Origin: Macrostomum hystrix
Taxonomy: Eukaryota; Animalia; Platyhelminthes
Reading direction: 5' to 3'
Length of the DNA: 64,000 nucleotides
Assembly (NCBI GenBank): GCA_950097015.1
Contig: CATNEN010000032.1
Coordinates: 1,922,001 to 1,986,000, forward strand
Positions 22,931 through 32,283 of this stretch are shown in pieces; positions within the stretch are counted from its first letter, which is position 1, and each line of letters starts with the position of its first letter. The notes under the pieces were generated by a model. That model ran no database searches, had not been told where the DNA came from, and saw only the letters and a list, made by a program, of their open reading frames with translations. The translations under genes and the position numbers were made by a program.

Positions 22931-23548
22931 TGTACTGTTTGTCTCGTACGGTTCCCGCGACTCTGGCATTCCCGGCTGAGATGACCCTCCTTGCTGCACG
23001 AGTAGCAGGTGATCTTGTTGCGTCGAGCAGCTTTCTCTGCGCCCTTAGCGTTCTCGGCTCCGACTCAGCAGAAATCACGATCGATCATTAGGCTTCGCGC
23101 CTTTTCAACAATTACGGAGATCTCCAGTTCTTCCAGTGAGCACGATGCGACTAACTGCTGCCTCACTGCGCCGGTTAGACCGCGAATGAACGCGCACTTT
23201 ATCCATTCGTTGACCAGGCGTGCCAGCCTTGTCAGGTCGGCCAGAAAAACATTCACTGACTCCCCAGGACCTAGTCTTCGGGAGACGAACGCGTCAAAGG
23301 CCTTGAACTTGTTGAGGCTGAACGCAGAGACCAAGGCTGCTCTGAGCGTCTTGTAGTTAGTCTTGCTGGCTTCGTCTCGGCCTTGGTAGACGGCAAAGGC
23401 ACCGCCCGTTAGGAAGAGTGGCAGAAAGGAAGCCAGGTCGGTGATCTTCTGCAGCTTAGCGACAAGCTCCAGTTTCTGAGCCCACTGCGAGAAATCTTCG
23501 TCGCCTTCAAATTGCTTGATGATGATTGCTGAACTTTCTTGCGCTCAT
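22931..23548 (-). pseudogene. Gag of an LTR retrotransposon (Ty3/gypsy-like), degraded and truncated after the zinc knuckle
   Basis: MSA[frameshift]SAIIIKQFEGDEDFSQWAQKLELVAKLQK...DRDFC*VGAE...CYSCSKEGHLSREC (CX2CX4HX4C). One frameshift and one in-frame TGA. Confidence 0.85.
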
Positions 23549-23664
23549 TCTTGCTTTCGTTTAAAAGCCGCGATAGCTTGTAACTAAGTCGTTAATGCGA
23601 GATGCAGAAGGGAACGCAAGAAGGTGAGTATATTTGCGAGGGGCTGGGCAAGGACTTCTATATA

Positions 23665-25111
23665 CACTCAGCAACATTGAAAAGTTTCCACCCTAGCGCA
23701 CGAAGGGTCAACGTTTTGGTGGGTGGAGATATTTGTGGTTTGAGCCATAGACAAATATATAATCCGGAATCGACCGAAGCAAAGGAACAGCAAAGAAACA
23801 AAGTACGCGAGCATGGGTGACAACTCGCCCAGAACAGGGTCAGTAACGCGTATAGCAGCCACGTGAGTGCAGCAGAGCGCTCACTCTCCGGGGCATCCCC
23901 AGAACCAGGCGTCGCAGAAAATCTTGCGGTAGTTGTTGCCATGCAGTAGACAGTGATTCGCGCAGTTGGGCAACATTTTGCGGCGGATTGTCGCGCCGAA
24001 TCGAGCGCTTCAGGTAATCCCAAACGTGCTCTATGGGATTCATGTCCGGTGATCGGGACGGCCAGCGCAAGGTTCGCAGGTGCAGCAGCTCCTTCAGATG
24101 CGCCACAGCGGCTGCGCGATGCGGTGGGGCGTTGTCGTCTTGGAGGACGCAGTTCCCCACGCCACCACATGAAGCATCAATGAAGGGCAGCAGGCGCGTC
24201 TGTAGAAGGTTGGCGTACGACTCGGCAGTCACAGTCGCATCCAGGAACACGAGCTCCGTCTTCGCGTGCATTGTGATGCCTGCCCACACGTGAATAGAAG
24301 CTGACTGGCTCTCAGATTTTTGCACGTGCTGCGGCAGCATCTCCTGGCGCGGCTGGCGCCACACGCGAATGCGGCCGTCGGCACGGAACAATCGAAAGCG
24401 GCTCTCATCTGTGAAAATCACTCGCCGCCACTGCTGCTGCCTCCAGTGGACCCTTTGCATTGCCCATTGTTCCCGGCTGGCCACATGGGTTGGGGTCAGG
24501 CGTGACCGTTTGCGCATCTTACGGGATCGCAGCCCCGACTCCCGCAATCGTCGTCGGATGGTTTGGGCGCTCAGGACATTCCCTCGCCTGCTTCTTTCAG
24601 CCCACATCAGCCGTAGCAGGGTGGCTGGCAATGTGGGGCTTCCCTTTACCATTCGCAGCAATCGCCGGTCCGCCCTCCTAGTTGTACTGCGCATATTGAG
24701 CCGCAGGCCGCGCGTGGCGTGCGCCACGCTGCCCGTTTCTCTGCACTTGATCTGCAGTTTGCGGATTGCTGTGTGTGACCGCCCAATTTGGCGAGCAACA
24801 GCTCGGATGGACATCCCAGCGTCCAGCATTCCAATGGCGCGCGCTCGTTCCAGGTCGGTCATTTGGCGAACCATTGCGTTCGGTTGCGAACGTGGATTTT
24901 AGACTCCTGTAAGATGCTGCTGTCTGCTCCATGTGACTGTTTCCTTCGACTTGTCTGGCGTCTATGACCCAAGTTTTTGAATTCTATGGCCCAAGTGCGT
25001 GTTGACGAAATCATCAATCGTCTATGGCACAAGTCTGGCGACAAAAACCAGTTTTGAAACTCTAAATATACAACTTGCGCGAGGGTGGAAACTTTTCAAT
25101 GTTGCTGAGTG
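23665..25111 (-). mobile_element. Tc1-family DNA transposon, full length (1447 bp)
   Basis: Perfect 30-bp TIR CACTCAGCAACATTGAAAAGTTTCCACCCT at both ends; TA TSD at 23663-64 and 25112-13. Confidence 0.97.
23840..24874 (-). CDS. Tc1 transposase, DD34E, 344 aa, intact
   Basis: N-terminal HTH; FTDES, LQDDNAPPH, WPSRSPDMNPIEHVW; 34 residues between the second D and E. Confidence 0.96.
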   Translation of the reverse strand: MVRQMTDLERARAIGMLDAGMSIRAVARQIGRSHTAIRKLQIKCRETGSVAHATRGLRLNMRSTTRRADRRLLRMVKGSPTLPATLLRLMWAERSRRGNVLSAQTIRRRLRESGLRSRKMRKRSRLTPTHVASREQWAMQRVHWRQQQWRRVIFTDESRFRLFRADGRIRVWRQPRQEMLPQHVQKSESQSASIHVWAGITMHAKTELVFLDATVTAESYANLLQTRLLPFIDASCGGVGNCVLQDDNAPPHRAAAVAHLKELLHLRTLRWPSRSPDMNPIEHVWDYLKRSIRRDNPPQNVAQLRESLSTAWQQLPQDFLRRLVLGMPRRVSALLHSRGCYTRY

Positions 25112-25540
25112 TAATAGCATCTGGACTGGAAACGAGAAATAAATTTCACAATTATTTTACCACATGAGGCCAATGTTTAGCTGAGCACAGCAGCTCTCCA
25201 GAGAAACATATCTACTTAAGCCGACACACATCTCAAGGCGCCTACATTCCAGGCATGCACATTCAATTTGGTTGAAATCCCATGTTGTGGAGAGAAATGG
25301 AGTCGACTTTTTTCGGAGAAGCATTTCCAATTGATTTCAATGGCGTTTCAAATTGGCATTCCATCGGTCCCCCAGCTGTTCACCATAGACACTTGTTCCA
25401 GAACTGCCACGACTTATGGCCACGTAGTGGCACTAATTTGAATTGGATCAGATTTCCTAGTTGTTTCATTTAATACTCAACGCAGTTTCCTCAGTTTTCT
25501 TTGCCAAGGATTTCTGCGCCATAAAAGCATATCCTTCACT

Positions 25541-25992
25541 ATGGTGAATAAGTGTTCCGCACTCGGTTGCAAGAGCGGCTTCGCTAATAGTTCAACGCCA
25601 GGTACTGTGACATTTCATTGCTATCCACTCAACAACCCGAGTCTATTGAAAAAATGATATAAAGCAAATCCGAGGAAGGCGTTTCAGCCCACGAAGTATT
25701 TTCGTATCTGCTCGCTTCATTTCACCACCGAGGACTTCGTCGAAACAACTCGAGATAGCAATAGCACTCGCAGAGAGAAGAAAGGCCAGCTGACCAAGCG
25801 TTATCTAAGGCAAGATGCGGACTTTGATGCAAGACTATCTTTCCTAATGCACCTGCATACCTTTCTTCTGTCCGGCAAGCACCTCGGAGCACATGCTCTG
25901 CGACATCATCTGCGCGTCTGGAGGCTGAAAACATGCGTCTCGATGATCAAATCGCAGACTTCTTTGCCAAAGATTCAATTCTCAGTTGCTAG
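25541..25992 (+). pseudogene. THAP-domain N-terminus of a P-element-like transposase (disrupted)
   Basis: MVNKCSALGCKSG...FHCYP...LLKK*(conserved Trp position)...P...RICSLHF...LRQDA[frameshift]TIFPNAPAYLS: the C2CH THAP signature. Confidence 0.85.
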
Positions 25993-26462
25993 CCACGAGA
26001 AATTCAAGAATTGCTCGAATCAGAGGAAACGAGACCAGATGGCTTTCAAACTGCAATTTGCAACGAGTTCCTATGAGTTTGCAACAGTCGCAAAATTGCT
26101 GCGATCAGTCTGCTGAAGTTTTCTCAGCTGTCACTAACTTTCATTTGATGCCAATATGACCTCTGTGAACACTCTTCTGCAAGTTCTACGTTACCATTGC
26201 CTACATGTTTTGTTTGTTACCGATTGTTTGAAGCACACCTGCATATGCGTTAATCCATTCGAATTTGCGTTGTTGCTTCAAGGTAAACATAAATTAATAA
26301 CTGAAGAAAGGAACTAGCCAGCTAACATTACATCTCTGCATTTCCGATATTTGAATTTCCGATCTTGCATTTCTCAATTTGACAGGTTCCATAGAAAGCA
26401 GGGGAAAAACTGGCCTCATGAGGTAATGAGTATTTCTTCGTTTCCAGTCCAGATGCTATTAT

Positions 26463-26613
26463 GTATAGAATAATACCCCCCTGATTTCGTTTCTTTGGCC
26501 TAGGAACGGCTGAGGACGCGTTTCTTGGCCGAGGCGAAGCCGAGGCCCAGAAGCGCAGTCTGAAGCCGTTCCTAGGCCATAGACAACGATTTCAGGGGGG
26601 TATTATTCTATAC
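26463..26613. repeat. ~150-bp foldback palindrome inside the right end of the P-like element
   Basis: Arms GTATAGAATAATACCCCCTGA / TCAGGGGGGTATTATTCTATAC and TGGCCTAGGAACGGCT / AGCCGTTCCTAGGCCA. Confidence 0.9.
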
Positions 26614-26802
26614 GTCCTTGGGCTGGGCCTCGCGCACTTGTTAAGAGGGGTACAGAATAGTCTAGGGCTGCTTAAGCAGCGGCATCGGTCAACTAACAAC
26701 GAAGATAGTTAAAGTACGAGTACAACAGATCTGCCAAACGAATCCTTTTTGAAACAATTTGCAGAATTTTCAGTTGCTCCAGCCGAATTGAAGATTGAAA
26801 AG

Positions 26803-27491
26803 ATGCGTCAGGACACTCTGCTGCTTCTGGTCTGCGGCCTTCTCTTTGTCGGTCTGAGCTTCGGAATGTCTGGTAAAAATAAATTCTATCTATCTATAAG
26901 TCAATAAATCAGCGAGTCAATCGATTTATCGATTTTCCTCGCAGGTGTTGCATCCGCCTGCGGGGCCACCAAGGGCGACCGCATCCGCCCTTATTTCTTC
27001 CGCCTTCGAAGAAATGCTGGCCACCAGCCCGATAAGGTGTGCGGCGTCGCCCGGAATTTGGCAGACGCTGTTTCGACATTGGTGGTGAGAACAGCGGAGC
27101 GACTGTTGGGGTGGGCGGCAATTCTCTTGGATTCCGTTGAAAAGGCACTATAGAACCGAGAGCCGAGTCTGAATGTTGAAGAAGGAATGTTAATGATTAA
27201 TTTAATGAGCTGCTTAAATTTCACAGCAGCAGCAGCAGCAGCAGCAGTGTGGAAGAAACTGAAGTGGAGGGGAGGAATTTGAGAAAAATTTCAGTTACCA
27301 TCGGCTACAAGCTCCGCCCCGCCATCCAAGCCGTCAATGCCCTCCTCCTCTTGCAGCGCGCAGCCCGAGAGGGCCGACTCTGCGAGAGCGACCGCGCCTT
27401 CTTGCAGGAGTTCCTGCGCACCAGCGAGTTGCCACCGCTGCGGAAGGAAGGAAGCGAGACCCACCGCGAGACTTTGCCGGACAATAATTAG
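26803..27491 (+). pseudogene. Secreted prepro-protein copy B (diverged; premature TAG at 27151 and 19-bp deletion in exon 3)
   Basis: MRQDTLLLLVCGLLFVGLSFGMS|GVASACGATKGDRIRPYFFRLRRNAGHQPDKVCG...SVEKAL*. Could still encode a shorter peptide. Confidence 0.6.
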
Positions 27492-28167
27492 CTGTTCTAA
27501 TTCTTCTCTTTTCTATAGAAGGCCATCTGTGCGCATAGAAACACCACTTAGTGATACAATGACGCTTAAACTAATATATTCTTAGGTTACAAATATAACA
27601 ATAATCTACACCGAGCAAGCGGAAGCTTTCTGATACGTGTCTACAAGCAAGCAGCATTGAATTGCAAGCTAGTTGGACTCCTTCAGTGTTCATATTTTTA
27701 CCTTTCAAAGCGAAACTGTTTGGAACAAGCTCAATTTGATGCAGTTTTATTGTTAAAAGGGCGGCTGTTGGCTTAACTCCCAGAGCATTGCTGACTTGCT
27801 TTTACGCCCTTTAACTCGGCGCAGACGGTTGAAAACTAGATTTCGAGTTAGTACGAGCTAATTTATGCATGGATAAAATCCATGGATCAAGTCAACAAGC
27901 GGACAGTGCATGAGTCCGCGGGGTTTACAGCTAGTTGTACACGAGTACAACAGGAGAACTTAGTTTTGTCCCACGGAAAGCCGGATCGATATCACTACTT
28001 AGAGGAATTGTGATGATTAAATTAGTCGTGTTAGAAATAGTTCACAACACAAGTGACTTAACTGCTCCACAGAGTTCGTTGAGACTGGAGAAAAACACTG
28101 TCAAGCACAGAAAAATTAATTCAATAAAACCGAACCCAATCATTACTCGCTTCAGTAATGAGAATCG

Positions 28168-28522
28168 TGTCATCGCAGCATAAAGAATCGTCTCACCATC
28201 AGGAATCGCAGCAAGGAGAATCGTCTCACCATCAGGAATCGCAGCAAGGAGAATCGTCTCACCATCAGGAATCGCAGCAAGGAGAATCTTCTCACCATAA
28301 GGAATAGCAGCAAGGAGAATCGTCACACCATTAGGAATCGCAGCAAGGAGAATCGTCACACCATTAGGAATCGCAGCAAGGAGAATCGTCTCACCATCAG
28401 GAATCTCAGAAAGGAGAATCGTCTCACCATTAGGAATCTCAGAAAGGAGAATCGTCTCACCATCAGGAATCTCAGAAAGGAAAATCGTCTCACCATCAGG
28501 AATCCCAGAAAGGAGAATCGTA
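28168..28522 (+). repeat. 33-bp minisatellite copy B (ENRLTIRNRSK frame)
   Basis: About 10 units; the Ile codon varies ATT/ATC/ATA and Glu varies GAG/GAA. Confidence 0.93.
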
Positions 28523-28537
28523 CCACCAGTAGACCCA

Positions 28538-30380
28538 CCTACTGACTCTCTAGCCTACTGACTCTCAACCTTACTGACTCTCTAGCCTACTGACTCTCAA
28601 CCTTACTGACTCTCTAGCCTACTGACTCTCTACCTTACTGACTCTCTAGCCTACTGACTCTCTAGCCTACTGACTCTCTACCTTACTGACTCTCTAGCCT
28701 ACTGACTCTCTGGCCTACTGAATCTCTATCCTACTGACTCTCTACCTTATTGACTCTCTAGCCTACTGACTCTCTACCTTACTGACTCTCTAGCCTACTG
28801 ACTCTCTAGCCTACTGACTCTCTACCTTACTGACTCTCTAGCCTACTGACTCTCTAGCCTACTGACTCTCAACCTTACTGACTCTCTAGCCTACTGACTC
28901 TCTACCTTACTGACTCTCTGGCATACTGACTCTAAACCTTACTGACTCTGTAGCCTACTGACTCTAAACCTTACTGACTCTGTAGCCTACTGACTCTAAA
29001 CCTTACTGACTCTGTAGCCTACTGACTCTAAACCTTACTGACTCTGTAGCCTACTGACTCTCTAGCCTACTGACTCTAAACCTTACTGACTCTGTAGCCT
29101 ACTGACTCTAAACCTTACTGACTCTGTAGCCTACTGACTCTCTAGCCTACTGACTCTAAACCTTACAGACTCTCTAGCCTACTGACTCTCTACCTTACTG
29201 ACTCTCTAGCCTACTGACTCTCTACCTTACTGACTCTCTAGCCTACTGACTCTCTACCTTACTGACTCTCTAGCCTACTGACTCTCTAGCCTACTGACTC
29301 TCTACCTTACTGACTCTCTAGCCTACTGACTCTCTACCTTACTGACTCTCTAGCCTACTGACTCTCTACCTTACAGACTCTCTAGCCTACTGACTCTCTA
29401 CCTTACTGACTCTCTAGCCTACTGACTCTCTACCTTACTGACTCTCTAGCCTACTGACTCTCTACCTTACTGACTCTCTAGCCTACTGACTCTCTAGCCT
29501 ACTGACTCTCTAGCCTACTGACTCTCTACCTTACTGACTCTCTAGCCTACTGACTCTCTGGCCTACTGAATCTCTATCCTACTGACTCTCTACCTTATTG
29601 ACTCTCTAGCCTACTGACTCTCTACCTTACTGACTCTCTAGCCTACTGACTCTCTAGCCTACTGACTCTCTACCTTACTGACTCTCTAGCCTACTGACTC
29701 TCTAGCCTACTGACTCTCAACCTTACTGACTCTCTAGCCTACTGACTCTCTACCTTACTGACTCTCTGGCATACTGACTCTAAACCTTACTGACTCTGTA
29801 GCCTACTGACTCTAAACCTTACTGACTCTGTAGCCTACTGACTCTAAACCTTACTGACTCTGTAGCCTACTGACTCTAAACCTTACTGACTCTGTAGCCT
29901 ACTGACTCTCTAGCCTACTGACTCTAAACCTTACTGACTCTGTAGCCTACTGACTCTAAACCTTACTGACTCTGTAGCCTACTGACTCTCTAGCCTACTG
30001 ACTCTAAACCTTACAGACTCTCTAGCCTACTGACTCTCTACCTTACTGACTCTCTAGCCTACTGACTCTCTACCTTACTGACTCTCTAGCCTACTGACTC
30101 TCTACCTTACTGACTCTCTAGCCTACTGACTCTCTAGCCTACTGACTCTCTACCTTACTGACTCTCTAGCCTACTGACTCTCTACCTTACTGACTCTCTA
30201 GCCTACTGACTCTCTACCTTACAGACTCTCTAGCCTACTGACTCTCTACCTTACTGACTCTCTAGCCTACTGACTCTCTACCTTACTGACTCTCTAGCCT
30301 ACTGACTCTCTACCTTACTGACTCTCTACCTTACTGACTCTCTAGCCTACTGACTCTCTACCTTACTGACTCTCTAGCCT
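28538..30380. repeat. 16-bp minisatellite (CTACTGACTCTCTAGC/TACC) x ~115 with an internal 848-bp duplication
   Basis: Rare variant TGGCCTACTGAATC at 28711 and 29559, a spacing of 53 x 16 bp. Confidence 0.96.
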
Positions 30381-30718
30381 AAGATCAGGAATCGCCTCAA
30401 GATTGAGATCACCTCAAGATCAGGAATCGCCTCAAGATTGAGATCACCTCAAGATCTGGAATCGCCTCAAGATTGAGATCACCTCAAGATCTGGAATCGC
30501 CTCAAGATCGGGAATCGCCATTAGATTGTAAATCGCTTCAAGATTGGGAATCGCCTCAAGATCGGGAATCGCCCTAAGTTTGGGAATCGCCTCAAGATCA
30601 GGAATCGCACTAAGATTCGGAATCGTCTCAAGATCAGGAATTGCACTAAGTTTGGGAGTCGCCCCAACATTGGGAATCGCCCTAAGTTTGGGAGTCGCTA
30701 AAAGATCAAGAATTTCCC
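30381..30718 (+). repeat. 18-bp repeat copy B (degenerate GNRxKI exon)
   Basis: Three 17-bp units shift the frame; a premature TAA is present and the copy-A stop reads CAA. Confidence 0.85.
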
Positions 30719-31486
30719 ATATGCAATTGGATTCTCCCTAAATTGGGAATCTGCCCAAAATGCAAAGGAATCGTCCAAAGATGCGGAATCACAATAGCTC
30801 AGGACTAGAAAATCAGACGACAAAATACTAAGGACAATACAATAAAAGCCTTTAATCAAATGTAAAAATATAAAGTAAAAAAATTAATGAATATTAATTC
30901 ACAATTGATTCCATAAAATATATTTTTTCCGACCAGACAAGTCAATACCGGGCTGCAGAGGGTTAAATTTGGAATTAGTTTAGCAAGGTGCTTTCGTTCT
31001 AGAACAAAGGAGAAATGTGCGCGTGAAAAACAACTAAGTGGTTTTTCGGCATCAGTGAATAAAAATCTGATAAATATTAGGACCATACACATGCTAGTAA
31101 AATAGGCCCACCTAAAAAACATGTTTATTAACAAAAATTAACAATCGACACTTTATTAGCTAATTTCCTCGTGATTAGCCCCAGCTTTCTACTTCATAAC
31201 AGATCATATTAAAGAATAATTTCATTGAAAAATGACTGGCACACATACTACTAAAGTAGTATTAGATCGTACTTGTACAGGAGATTTAAAATGTACAGGA
31301 GTGCATCGGAAAATAATGAAACAGTTTAAATATTTCTCTTAAAAATATCTTACTGAATTCTACTTTACTACAAAGACAGCTTGAATAAAAAAATAGACGA
31401 AAAACTGTTAAATCAATTATTTTATTGGGTTACGAAACTGCATGATAGTGTACTGTGTTACTTAACTTTGCAATACTAGGTGTACA

Positions 31487-32168
31487 TGTGGCGAAAATCA
31501 ATACAGTTTAGAGTGTTCAGGTACTTCAGGAAATATCTAACAACTCAGGTACTTAAGGAAATATCCAACAACTCAGGTACTTCAGGAATTATCCAAAAAC
31601 TCAGGCACTTCAGGAACCAACTAGCAACTCAGGCACTTCAGGAATTATCCAAAAACTCAGGCACTTCAGGAACCAACTAGCAACTCAGGCACTTCAGGAA
31701 TTATCCAACAACTCAGGCACTTCAGGAATTATCCAACAACTCAGGCACTTCAGGAATTATCCAACAACTCAGGCACTTCAGGAATTATCCAACAACTCAG
31801 GCACTTCAGGAATTATCCAACAACTCAGGCACTTCAGGAATTACCCAACAACTCAGGCACTTCAGGAATTATCCAACAACTCAGGCACTTCAGGAATTAT
31901 CCAGCAACTCAGGTACTTCAGGAATTACCCAACAACTCAGGCACTTCAGGAATTATCCAACAACTCAGGCACTTCAGGAATTATCCAACAACTCAGGCAC
32001 GTTAGGAATTATCCAACAACTCAAGCACTTCAGGAATTATCCAATAACTCAGGTACTTCAGGAATTATCCAACAACTCAGGCACTTCAGGAAATATCAAA
32101 CAACTCAGGTACGTCAGGAAATATCCAAAAACTCGGGTACTTTAGGAACCGATAGAAACTCAGGTACG
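31487..32168. repeat. 28-bp minisatellite copy B
   Basis: Same unit as 21843-22930. Confidence 0.94.
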
Positions 32169-32283
32169 AAACAAGACAGAATTCGGGTATAGCAAGACTC
32201 AGATAAAAACTACAAGGTACTGTCAGTAAATAATGATTCAGAACCAATCAAACTAATTAGGCAGTTGTCAGACCACTGGCGGG

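Larger units (their letters stand above)
23649..26620 (+). mobile_element. Non-autonomous P-superfamily (Galileo-like) DNA transposon with THAP remnant
   Basis: Termini CAAGGAC...GTCCTTG; 7-bp TSD GGCTGGG (23642-48, 26621-27). Inverted subterminal blocks TAATAGCATCTGGACTGGAAACG at 25112-25134 vs ~26439-26461. Contains a THAP ORF. Confidence 0.8.
23579..26727 (-). mobile_element. Putative 5' LTR (~170 bp) of the gag element, split by a nested insertion (pieces 23579-23648 and 26621-26727)
   Basis: Rejoining across the 7-bp TSD gives TGTTGTACTC...AGTTACA directly upstream of gag. No canonical TGG PBS seen. Confidence 0.5.
26730..32168 (+). repeat. Segmental duplication copy B of 10107-12280 plus 20355-22930
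   Basis: Colinear near-identical unique sequence from GATCTGCC (10107 vs 26730) through the secreted gene, 33-mer, 16-mer, 18-mer, unique spacer and 28-mer. Confidence 0.95.

Noticed and set aside
26455-26470. TA-TG-TA as a Tc1 excision footprint
   Set aside because: Better explained by the P-like element's own end sequence next to the foldback; the length does not match the predicted footprint.
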